Below are positions 1 to 9,800 of a stretch of DNA of 64,000 bases, in pieces. Source of the DNA: Giardia intestinalis. Its lineage: Eukaryota. The notes beneath the pieces were generated by a model, which made no database searches, was not told the origin of the DNA, and saw only the letters and a list, made by a program, of their open reading frames with translations. The translations under genes and the position numbers were made by a program. Within the stretch, counting starts at the first letter, position 1, and each line of letters begins with the position of its first letter. Location: assembly GCA_000002435.2 (NCBI GenBank), contig CM018793.1; one strand, written 5' to 3'.

Positions 1-15
1 CTTAGGTAGCCCTCT

Positions 16-672
16 GTGCTCCGACACAGTCGGGTCCGGTGGATACAGGGGCGCCTCTGGTGTCCAAGCCGCGTGTCCCCCGTACGTGGCAAAACGGCAT
101 CGCCCTGTGTGCTAGGTGCTGCCACACAACAGAGAACAGAAGCGTTTATCCAACCGACCATCATGCCAGCTAAGGGACCCCGTACTTGTGTCAACGGATA
201 CTCACATCCTGCCACAAGACACGCCGCCCTACAGGTGTGGATGCTAGGGCCGGCACAGCTCGACCGGGCTTGCTATAGGTGCAGAGCAGGCCAGTACGAA
301 CTGGAGCATGCGACCATCTGCACAGAGTGTGCGAACAACTCCTGCGCCTGGGAGCGGTGCATGCGCCCTTGCTAGGGAGAGCTCGTCCCTCGAAGAGATC
401 GCTTTGAGCGCACAAAGGACCAACCAAGGGGCGTGCACAGCCTGCTCCAACTCTGTAAAGCCCTTCCTGCTCTACGGCGGCTGCTCCGAGGACAGGCTCT
501 ACATCTGCTCAAGACCCTGCTCAGAAAGCGGGTCGAATGCTTGCGAACAGTGGAGCAGTGCTTCCGGGTGGATCTTCTCTAAGAATGCGGGAGCAATGGA
601 GACCGATATCTGTGCGATGACGCTCCAAATGGGGGCATTTCTGGCTGTGCCACGTGTAGGTACAATAACGGT
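16..672 (+). pseudogene. VSP-like cysteine-rich fragments upstream of the 673-2028 frame. The reading frame switches +1 (to a TAG at 373-375) -> +2 (~395-560) -> +1 (from 583). No ATG or signal peptide is present.
   Basis: Codon-by-codon reading: frame +1 gives ...CYRCRAGQYELEHATICTECANNSCAWERCMRPC*; frame +2 gives ...QGACTACSNSVKPFLLYGGCSEDRLYICSRPCSESGSNACEQ; frame +1 resumes at 583 with ECGSNGDRYLCDDAPNGGISGCATC. All are VSP-type CXXC-rich sequence. Confidence 0.4.
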
Positions 673-2028
673 GTGACGTGTACGCGGTGCTCGGCGAGGC
701 ACCTCGGGGTGGATGGGAAGTCCTGCAGTGAGAGCTGCAGTGGAGACACTCAAGGAGTGTGCACAAAGGTAGCAGAGGGGAGCGAGTCAACTGAAGTGTC
801 GTGCCGGTGCGTCTGCAGGATGGGCCTCTACAACAGCTCCGGAACCTGCACACCATGTACGGACTCGTGCGCTGTCTGCAAGGATGGCACACTAACCGGC
901 TGTCAGCAGTGCAGCCCCGGCAAGATCCTGGAGTCGTTAGTCGTTGCAGACGATAATGCAAAGTGTGTAGATGAGTGCGCTGTTGGTGACGACTGTGCAG
1001 AGTGCGGCATCACCATCGATGGCAGCAGGTACTGCACGCGCTGCAAGGACTCGAATATATACCCTCTCAACGGGGTGTGTATTCCGAACACACAAAAAGA
1101 CACGTACTGCACCAGCAAGGCAAATGGTGCTTGTACTACATGCTCAGGAGCGGCCTTCCTGATGAACGGGGGCTGCTACACAACGGAGCACTATCCAGGA
1201 AGCACTATCTGTGACAAACAGGCAGGCGGGAAGTGTGAGAAGACCAAGAAGGAGTACGGGATATCGGACGATGGAAAGCTGCTGGAGTGCGACCCGACAT
1301 GTCTGGGGTGCACCGCCCCTGGCCCCGGCCACTGCACCAGGTGCCCCTCTGACAAGCTCCTGAAGAGGGCCTCAGGTGCCGCCACCGGGAGCTGCATTGA
1401 CCCCAACGCCTGTGTAGACGGGTACTATGCAGACGGAGACGCGTGCCTGCCCTGCGCCACTCCGGGGTGCAAGGCCTGCGGGCATACCTCCTTCTGCACA
1501 GAGTGCGCGGGGGAGCTCTTCGTGAGCCTGGACGGGCGGTCGTGCCTGGGGGAGTGCAGCGGGGACAAGGTGGTGGGAGAGGTGCCCGGCGGCGTACGGA
1601 GGTGCTGGTGCGAGCGGGGCTTCCTGCCGGCGCTGGACAGATCCGAGTGTGTGCTCCCAACCGAGTGTCCCCCTGACATGCCGTTGTGTGCTGCCTGCGA
1701 TACGTCGGGTAAGTGTCTCTCGTGTGCCGCCTCGAATCATAACATCCAGACAGATCAGCGGACGTGTGCAGAGGGGTGCGGCACCAGGGCCTCATCGAAC
1801 CAGGGGGTGTGCATGTGCGAGCTCGACGCGGTTCTCACGAAGGACATCTGTGTCTCAGCCAAGGAGCTGGCCAAGAAGAGAACGGCGGCGATCGCAGGAG
1901 GGACAGTGGCCGGGGTCATTGTGATTGGGAGCTTGGTTGGCTTCCTATGCTGGTGGTTTCTCTACCGGGGCAAGCGAATTGGTGCCTCTTCGAGTACTGT
2001 GGGACTCGTTCAATCCAAGTCTATGTAA
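673..2028 (+). CDS. Variant-specific surface protein (VSP)-like cysteine-rich membrane protein. This is the longest intact frame of a probably disrupted gene. The ORF-track start at 673 is GTG, and the first in-frame ATG (820) is internal. The tail is degenerate.
   Basis: Many CXXC motifs and a GGCY box. The C-terminal TM segment VAGVIVIGSLVGFLCWWFLYRGKRIGASSSTVGLVQSKSM replaces the canonical ...CWWFICRGKA-stop. Confidence 0.5.
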   Translation: MTCTRCSARHLGVDGKSCSESCSGDTQGVCTKVAEGSESTEVSCRCVCRMGLYNSSGTCTPCTDSCAVCKDGTLTGCQQCSPGKILESLVVADDNAKCVDECAVGDDCAECGITIDGSRYCTRCKDSNIYPLNGVCIPNTQKDTYCTSKANGACTTCSGAAFLMNGGCYTTEHYPGSTICDKQAGGKCEKTKKEYGISDDGKLLECDPTCLGCTAPGPGHCTRCPSDKLLKRASGAATGSCIDPNACVDGYYADGDACLPCATPGCKACGHTSFCTECAGELFVSLDGRSCLGECSGDKVVGEVPGGVRRCWCERGFLPALDRSECVLPTECPPDMPLCAACDTSGKCLSCAASNHNIQTDQRTCAEGCGTRASSNQGVCMCELDAVLTKDICVSAKELAKKRTAAIAGGTVAGVIVIGSLVGFLCWWFLYRGKRIGASSSTVGLVQSKSM

Positions 2029-2586
2029 CGCTCCCAAGAACTTGTTGATATACGTGTCTATGATAGGGCTATCCCCATATTGTGCTGAGCACCGTTCTCG
2101 GTGTCCTTCTACAGTGAACAACTTGATCTGCGTCCACGCTGTCTTGCTGTGGTGCTCTGTGTGGTACTTGTCAGTTGTGAATTCTCTGAGACTAGGATTG
2201 CTCTGCCTTAATGATCGTTCTTTGGATACTTGTCTGCTACTAGTCTATTCAGTGATCAAACCTCTTTCGATCCCTCTCTATGCTGAGCAGTCCTGGATTT
2301 GAACAAGGTAGTAGTTTAATTCATCTATAGACCCATCTGCAATGCCATAGATGGTCTGTGGCTACTTCTAAGGTAGAGCTTGTTTGCTGGACAATTCAGT
2401 TTAGGATACAGTGCCTTGCCTTTTGCGTGATCCAAGAAGGCAACCAAGCCACAGAGCGGTAATTCGACATATCGATCACTTCTTTACAGTTTGATATGCT
2501 GTCTGAACCAAGAGTGAACTATTATACCAATCAGATTTACAGAACACTAAGTTCCGATCATCACTGCTAGAAGAGTGGAACAGAAG

Positions 2587-3231
2587 TTAACAAAACTCGG
2601 GCACCTTATAGTTCGGAGAGCAAACGATGCTCCTCATCAACGAATACGGACCCAGGCTAGCTTTAGTAAGATTGCTTGATGTTGGAAGCACAATCTTATT
2701 ACATGCAGCTGCCTCGATGAATGGCACTAAGCATATAGGAAGCTCCATATTCTTCTTGGAAAAGAATGCGGCAAATGCTAGTAAGACAGAGCGAGGAGCT
2801 CTAGCAAGGATGTCGCAAACTCTTTCGTCGATGTCGTAGCCGGACCAGACCTGTGCCCATAAATATCCCTCTGGAATTGGCGTCGCCTGACTGTCTTCTT
2901 CGTCTCCATCCCGGATATCGGCCTCCAGTGCTTTGTGCTGTTCAAGAACCTCTAACTCAAACTGCTTCTTGGCTGTAATAAGTTGGAATAGCTTTTGAGG
3001 TAAAATGGTGTTGATCTTTTCCGTCATGATGGCTCGCTTGAGGTGCACCTCTCGCAAGTCTTTGGGGCTGAGAGACAGATAATCAATGGAGATGTTCTTG
3101 GACAGAGTGCGAAGCTCATCCATCATCTGGCCGTACTCTTCTACCTCTGCATCAACCTCCATGAGATAGGCATAGTTCTTGTAAAATATGCGCATGGAGA
3201 GGTCGCGAAGGCGTGCGTTTCGTGTCGACAT
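2587..3231 (-). CDS. hypothetical protein (214 aa)
   Basis: Intact ATG-initiated ORF (cat at 3229-3231). No family recognised. Confidence 0.5.
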   Translation of the reverse strand: MSTRNARLRDLSMRIFYKNYAYLMEVDAEVEEYGQMMDELRTLSKNISIDYLSLSPKDLREVHLKRAIMTEKINTILPQKLFQLITAKKQFELEVLEQHKALEADIRDGDEEDSQATPIPEGYLWAQVWSGYDIDERVCDILARAPRSVLLAFAAFFSKKNMELPICLVPFIEAAACNKIVLPTSSNLTKASLGPYSLMRSIVCSPNYKVPEFC

Positions 3232-3339
3232 TTTTCAAAATTTATTCTTTACATCACCGCGCACAACGCCGAGTCTCTGCCGCTCTCTGTTTGATACATA
3301 GACTATACTGTCCTACCTTGGCATTAGCACAATCTAGCT

Positions 3340-6300
3340 ATGACAACCACTAATCAGCTGCTTGATCGAATCCAGTCTCGTGCAGTTAAGAAAACACTCT
3401 TTTCCGAGATAAGTAAGAGCGAGCATCGTTTAACCACAGCTGCGTCTGCAGCTTACCAGCCGTCCTCATTTATGGACGCCAACGGATACAACTTTAATCC
3501 CTTCAAGAACACGAAAAGCTCTGATCCACCACCCAGTAACTGTTCACTCCCTAGTTTTTCTGCCACGGAATTAGAAGAGAAGGCTGTCAGATCAAAGACA
3601 AAACGCTTACTGAGTAAAGTTGAAGGCCATCTTCTCAAAGCCAAGGCGCGGAGCTTATCTAAGCCGTCTCCTGAAGAGCTCTCAAATACTCTTATGCAGA
3701 CTGTCTCTGATGTACCCATATCTTCTGCTTTGGTGTCAAACTTATGCGGCATTGACATCCCAGTTAGGATAGCAGAAAAGCGTCTTGCGGTCAGTTGTGA
3801 CGAAGGAATTGATCTCAAACCAGCTCTCTACGAACAAGTTAATCAGATACCTGGGAAGGAGGAACAGGGATCCACCACCAGACTCCAGAAGTATATGACT
3901 TACAAATACGATCCTCCCACAGAACTTAGCAGCGGTATTGACTTTATAGACAACAAAGTGCCGTTCTTAGTACATGAGCGACTAAGCACTGCTGCAAGTG
4001 GACGCTCTTGTAACAACATCGGTCATAGTAGCAAGCTTGATAAGCGATCGAGCATGTTAGGGATGGACTTAGCTACAGCAGGGCCAGAAGATCTCCGGGC
4101 ATACTTTTCTCGGTCGTCCAGTCCCAAGATATCTGTTACATCAACAAACACCAATGTTGCCACACCTCGAAAGAGTCCTGGAGATAGCAGCAGTGTAAGA
4201 TCTGCCGGGTCCAAACGGACGCCACTTCGACAAGAACGCTCTCATCTTCGTGACGCTCTTCTTGAGGCACCGAAGCAATTTCTCCCCGAGCAGACTCTTC
4301 AGAATTATGCAGACTATAAGACATCTGTTACTATTAACCAAATGCCCCATTTAGAGCAGGATGTTTTGGATCTCGAAACCACAGTCGAGCGGCGGAAGTT
4401 TGAAAGAGTTTTGCACTCTCCAGCAAAGCTCCAAGAAAAAGTGTTTCAGGTCAATCCGGAGCAAGTGATAGCTGCAGATTCTTGCAGATGTGATTGCCAC
4501 ACGTTGCCGCCGCACCAAATTGAGCTTCTACCCTATCTTCGCTGTCCCATGTGTCTGTGTAAAATACGGTCTGCTATGGAGAACGAACCAGAACCAGGGA
4601 CGACTTCTCTTTATCAGCATCTAAAGAAGGCTGCCAGTATGAAGAATAAGAATATGCCTAGGAATCTTTTGCACAACTCAAAGACTAACGTAGATTCCTT
4701 AGTTTATCGAACAACTGTGTTGCCCCCAGAAGAAGACTCGGCCAGCACTGCCGCACACGACAATTCTACCAAGAGCCTTCTAAATGAACTGAGAGAGGAA
4801 AAAGAAGAAACTGCTCAATTCATAGGAAGTCCGCTTGGTGCCATTAATGTCTCTCCACAAGCAATCTCGCCACGGCTAGCACAACGTTTGATCAACAGGG
4901 GACTTAATAAGGTGACCACACGTAATGAAAAGCTTCTTAGAGCCGCACTACAGCAAGCGATTCTTGCCGATAAGCTTTGGACCGACAGACTCTTGATGGA
5001 CATTTCCCCCGGTATAACCCCACAAGAGATTATAGACATTCTTCAGAAGCGTCGGTATGACCGGGCACCCTCTACTGTTGCAGTACCACTTATTCGAAAG
5101 ACCGCCACGTATCGGAGCAAGGTTGCCAACGATGATCTTGACCACGATGATCTTTTGCTTTCCTCTACTCTTCCACTGATCCAAGACTATGATTTGCAGA
5201 GCAATTCGTTGATAGATAAGGGGCTTGAAGAATCAGAACATGGCACCATCAGAGATGGATTTTATGGTATGGATGAACACACAAACAAGGAATTTGAAGA
5301 CTACACTCCCAATCCAACTGGAGCGCAGCCGCTGCGTCGCGTGAGGCTATCTGTTCCGGAATCAGTTAAGATACAATCACCAGCAGTACTACACATGCGA
5401 GATAGTATAGCTGATCCCACTGTACTTGATTCTCTTGGTGCACAGAAGCTTAAAGAGGCAAGAGCACATGAGGCTAATAAGGCGTTTATACCGAGGAGAC
5501 AAAAGCCTAATGTCTCAAATGCCGAAGCATTGGCGAAGAAAGTGCTGTACTCACGGTCTCGTGAGCAGCGTGCATCTAAGAGCAAAGAGATTATTGCCGA
5601 AATGGCCAGCGCTATCAAAGAAACATCATCCACAGCACGTTCTCGAGGGTCTCTAACAGGCTCATATTACTTACCACCCAGCTCAAGTGTCCGCATGCGT
5701 CCAGAGGAGTTGGCCGAATTCCAAGCCAATGTGACGAATGGATTTAAGGTCCAATCTACTAAGAAGGAGTATGTATTTAGATTTAGTCTTGCGTGTCTTT
5801 CTGTTAACGAGTATATATCCCTTCATTCTGTCAAGTATTTTAAATATAGATCGGTGTGTGGCTCACTAAACCTTTTTGTATATCTTAGCGATACAACACT
5901 ACAAGCTATCACAGAAGCATTTTACTTAGCAAAAAAGGTTGTAGATGTGGTGGTCGCAGGGGTTACCAACACACACGATCACTGCAACTCTCCAGGCCAG
6001 CCGAGCGTTTACAATTTGGCACAGAACAAAGACTTAGACTTAAATGTAGTGAACGGGGAATCTAAATCTGTAACCGATTCCATAGAGTTTACAGCCAAGA
6101 CTCGCTTGTCAAAGGATACATTATTATCTACATCAGGTCATCTCAGCTTTTCGTGCCCCTGCAACGGGCTTTACTATGTAGCACTACATATAGATAACAA
6201 GGACATCATGTATGTGGATGAAAGAGACTACAAGCAACTGATGCTAACGCAGCGGAAGGAAAATGCTCCTACAGCTGTTTTGCACAACCTAATAGAGAGC

Positions 6301-6831
6301 CAGCTGAAACTGTCAGAGGATAGTGGCACAGTGTCAAAGTCTATGCGTAAGCCGCAAGCAATTTTATCCAATAGGCTGTCCCATAGTGACCGTGAGGAAG
6401 AGTCTACAGATGCCATTCCTCCTGTTCCTCCAAATGAACGTGAGCCTTCGCCTCAGCTTATGGAGCACGATCTCGCTCTCAGTGATCAAGACACGTCAGA
6501 ATCTCGGCAGCACGCTGACGCTTCTAACCCACGGGCTGCAATTGCATCGGAATCGGTTTGCAGACGTACCCTAAGAACGGCCACGGACGATCACAAGCGC
6601 GACCTACCAGACGCTGACCAGTCCTTGCAGCATCATAGCGCTGAGGAGATGATGAATGAGACCCTTAGGTCAATTTACGCAGATAGCCGCCTTTCAGTAG
6701 ATATCCAGAGAACGATAGTCCCAGAGGCCTCTAACGGCTATATAGAAAAGGCTCTTCCGGTGAAATCCGTTGTCACGGCAATCCACCGGGCACAGAGCCG
6801 GCTCCGTAAGCTGACTGGCCAAGCGACATAG
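3340..6831 (+). CDS. hypothetical low-complexity Ser/Thr/charged-rich protein (1163 aa)
   Basis: ATG at 3340 preceded by an AT-rich element; long uninterrupted ORF. Confidence 0.6.
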   Translation: MTTTNQLLDRIQSRAVKKTLFSEISKSEHRLTTAASAAYQPSSFMDANGYNFNPFKNTKSSDPPPSNCSLPSFSATELEEKAVRSKTKRLLSKVEGHLLKAKARSLSKPSPEELSNTLMQTVSDVPISSALVSNLCGIDIPVRIAEKRLAVSCDEGIDLKPALYEQVNQIPGKEEQGSTTRLQKYMTYKYDPPTELSSGIDFIDNKVPFLVHERLSTAASGRSCNNIGHSSKLDKRSSMLGMDLATAGPEDLRAYFSRSSSPKISVTSTNTNVATPRKSPGDSSSVRSAGSKRTPLRQERSHLRDALLEAPKQFLPEQTLQNYADYKTSVTINQMPHLEQDVLDLETTVERRKFERVLHSPAKLQEKVFQVNPEQVIAADSCRCDCHTLPPHQIELLPYLRCPMCLCKIRSAMENEPEPGTTSLYQHLKKAASMKNKNMPRNLLHNSKTNVDSLVYRTTVLPPEEDSASTAAHDNSTKSLLNELREEKEETAQFIGSPLGAINVSPQAISPRLAQRLINRGLNKVTTRNEKLLRAALQQAILADKLWTDRLLMDISPGITPQEIIDILQKRRYDRAPSTVAVPLIRKTATYRSKVANDDLDHDDLLLSSTLPLIQDYDLQSNSLIDKGLEESEHGTIRDGFYGMDEHTNKEFEDYTPNPTGAQPLRRVRLSVPESVKIQSPAVLHMRDSIADPTVLDSLGAQKLKEARAHEANKAFIPRRQKPNVSNAEALAKKVLYSRSREQRASKSKEIIAEMASAIKETSSTARSRGSLTGSYYLPPSSSVRMRPEELAEFQANVTNGFKVQSTKKEYVFRFSLACLSVNEYISLHSVKYFKYRSVCGSLNLFVYLSDTTLQAITEAFYLAKKVVDVVVAGVTNTHDHCNSPGQPSVYNLAQNKDLDLNVVNGESKSVTDSIEFTAKTRLSKDTLLSTSGHLSFSCPCNGLYYVALHIDNKDIMYVDERDYKQLMLTQRKENAPTAVLHNLIESQLKLSEDSGTVSKSMRKPQAILSNRLSHSDREEESTDAIPPVPPNEREPSPQLMEHDLALSDQDTSESRQHADASNPRAAIASESVCRRTLRTATDDHKRDLPDADQSLQHHSAEEMMNETLRSIYADSRLSVDIQRTIVPEASNGYIEKALPVKSVVTAIHRAQSRLRKLTGQAT

Positions 6832-6876
6832 ACCACGGTCATCCAGAAGTAAAATCTTTTGGGTTCAATTTCTGGT

Positions 6877-9800
6877 ATGGAGAACGAAAAACCGGGTCGC
6901 TGTAGGTTTTATCCGTTGACTAGTATTGTCTGGGATACCGACACGGGTATATCTGCCACTACACCTGTAGATGACACTACTTACCCGGAGCTTTTGTTTT
7001 CCTGCACAGGACGCCATCTAGTGATGGGTCCAGCCAATGGGCGTGATTTTTTGTCCGTCTCACTTGATAACCTCGCGCTGGAAGAAAATATTTCCATCAA
7101 AGCGCGCGGAGAGCGTGTGCTGAGCTTTGAAGGCAGAACAGAGGCAGGAATTACTGGAATTCTCGCCGTTCCAAACGGGCACGTCCTTTGCTGGGAGGAA
7201 GATCACGCTCTTCGAGAGTATCACTTAGCCTTTGAATCAGATAATAAGACTGTGCTACTGGCAGAACTTGCCACTGACGTACAGCAACTTTATGCTCTCC
7301 CTCACCCCATATTGCTGACGTTGGACCCACCTGGTGATGACACTGTCTGCAAACCCCAGGAGATGCTTTGCTTGGGCACGTACATCACAGATACGTGTCT
7401 TACAGCTATCATCTTGATCGACAATGCACAACTAGCGTTCTGCAAAATAGCAGCGTTAGATGATTATATTAAGCATGGCACAGCTCCAACACTAACGAGC
7501 TGTGTGACGTCATCTAGACGCTTGGTGTTTGGTGTCTTCCAGTCGCCTGAGACCTTGTTAATAGTAGAGGCTGACGATCTATCTACACCACAAATCTATG
7601 ACGTAAGTCAAGTATTTGATGACAACCTCCTTGACGAAGGCACTAGTTATGCTGATCCAAAAGAAGTCGTTTTATTAGGACTATTTGACGGAAAATTTGC
7701 GATATTAGCATCTTATACCAGCGATTATGATACTGTTGTTGCTATTTATAACATTTTTGATAAAAAGCTAGAGTTTAGTACAGTTGTTAAGCAATATGTT
7801 GTAGGCTGTACCGTGACCCCATACTGCCCTGGTCCTTACGATTTCTTCTTTAATATGCTATTTCTAAACATGAGTGACATTGTTTCCCTAGACTTCTTTT
7901 ATTTTTCGTACGCCGCACGCGACAATTACAATGCAATTCTGGAGAGGCTCGACTCCTATATGAGCAAAGAAGGTCACTCCACAAACCACTTTATTAATGT
8001 ACTGGTTAAATCATGTGAGGAGTTCTTCCAATCTCTCAAGGTTTCTGGTGATTACGCCCACACCTTTATTCCGTTATTGAGTGGCTCTGAACTGTTCGGG
8101 ATGGTTCCCAGTGCACGCTTCTCTAGGGTTCCATGCCTTCCGGAGGTAGATCAGAGTATCTTTTTTTCTCCACAGAACATAGTCCTTAGTACCCCGGTCA
8201 TTTCATCTGCCTCAGCAATCGCAGATAACCCATCCATACCAGGCATCAACCATAAGGAAGACCTTATTAAACAAAAGATTATTACGATGGGCGACACAAT
8301 TGACTGGAGTTATTCAACCAACGCTTGTGAAATTAAGGACAAGATAAAGGAATTGGTCACTAATAGTTGCACTGAGTATAACCTAAGTGTTACGCTTTCA
8401 GAGTTACCTCCATTTCATCTGGATTCGCCTAATTGTGGCTATGATAAAATCTATGCCAATCTGGTGTTTGCTCACCTTGGTGGAACCAATCAAATGACCG
8501 TCTATGTAGAGACAGTTTCTCGCGTGTACATCTCAGACTTTTTACCTCTCTACATACTACAATTTGACATTAGAAATTCCCAGGACGGAAGTAGCTGCAT
8601 CAGTTCCTTAAAAGTTCCTCAGAACGAAGAAACTACTGCTCTGGAAACTGCTACTCTCTTAGATGATACTCTCCTTACTGATTACCCCACTGACATGCTA
8701 GGCCTAGCTATCAGCGATGAACCTCCATTAATGGAGGTCAGTGAAAAGAAACCAAGCAATGCCCATGAGCAGCCACTAATCTGTGCGTCTATCGAGGCGC
8801 ACTCTTCTCCTAAGACAGGCTCAGCTGAGCCGGCACCTTTGCATCAAGGGGAATCAAAGTTCTCTCCTTCGGGATCATTAAAGAACGACTTAAATTATCT
8901 AGAGGCAGAGCTAGATACACAGATTAATAAAAAGATTGATGAAGCCAAAGAAAAGTATGCTCAAGCACTTAGTAGTCTAATAACTGCATATGCTGTTAAA
9001 GGGGAGCTCACCCTATTTCTGGATTCTATCTTACCGGACTACTTTGCTACAAGCCCATCATACTTGTCAGTCATGAAACAACTCAATCAACTTAGAGGAG
9101 TTCATATCATGTTAGAGAGTAGAACTGTCGATGGGTGTTCTCTTAGCACCAACTTCCTCAGAAACCTTTATGCGATGAAGTCGCAAAACGCGTTTCCTTC
9201 CCTCACACCTATGTTTGGAGCGGACTCGCTGACATTTTCTACGGCAATCATAAAGGATATTAACGGATTATTGTGTTATCGTCTGAGCTCTCCGTTGTTA
9301 CCTAGCCATGCTTCTAGCGAGGAGACTACAATAGGTATTCACCACTTTTGCGATGTCATGGACACTGTACTCTCTGCTTATGAGCACCAGCTCGATGTAT
9401 TTCAACTGGGATATAGACTGTATTGGAACATGGACGAGTCACTAAAACTGTTGAACTCCAAAGAGCCTTGCACTGAACACTTTAATAATGCTGCTAGCTC
9501 TTTACCCACATCAACGATACAGCCGGACAGCACGTTATTTGGCACCTCCTCAAGTGGGGTTCGCACTAGCAGGCCTAAAGCTAATACCATTGACTCTCTG
9601 GATCTCAGCAACTATGAAGATGCTTCCCTTGAAGAGCTCACTTTAACTCAGAATAGGGTTTCAAATTCGGGTTTTTCTTCTTTATTTAACAGTATGAACT
9701 ATAAGTCATCCTATACCGGGATAGCACAGTCATACTCTTTAGATAACACAAACCTGCCTCTACGGTTAACCCGGCCTTTGGAAACAACGTATGAAAACGG

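Noticed and set aside
1205-1795. 196-aa Arg/Pro-rich antisense ORF, and other 60-120-aa ORFs, within the VSP-like gene
   Set aside because: Low-complexity antisense translations of GC-rich, Cys-codon-rich DNA.
5768-5995. Giardia-type spliceosomal intron starting at GTATGT (5768)
   Set aside because: No CTRACACACAG branch/3' splice-site element precedes any downstream AG, and the ORF is continuous through the block. It is kept only as a low-interest observation.
6859-6876. ORF-track start codons at 6859, 37569, 49921 and 53614 (TTG), 673 and 63962 (GTG), and 14298 (TTG)
   Set aside because: The ORF track uses bacterial start codons. For this eukaryote I moved starts to the first in-frame ATG that is preceded by an AT-rich initiator-like element. 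673 and 63962 are treated as internal positions of a disrupted gene and an edge-truncated gene respectively.
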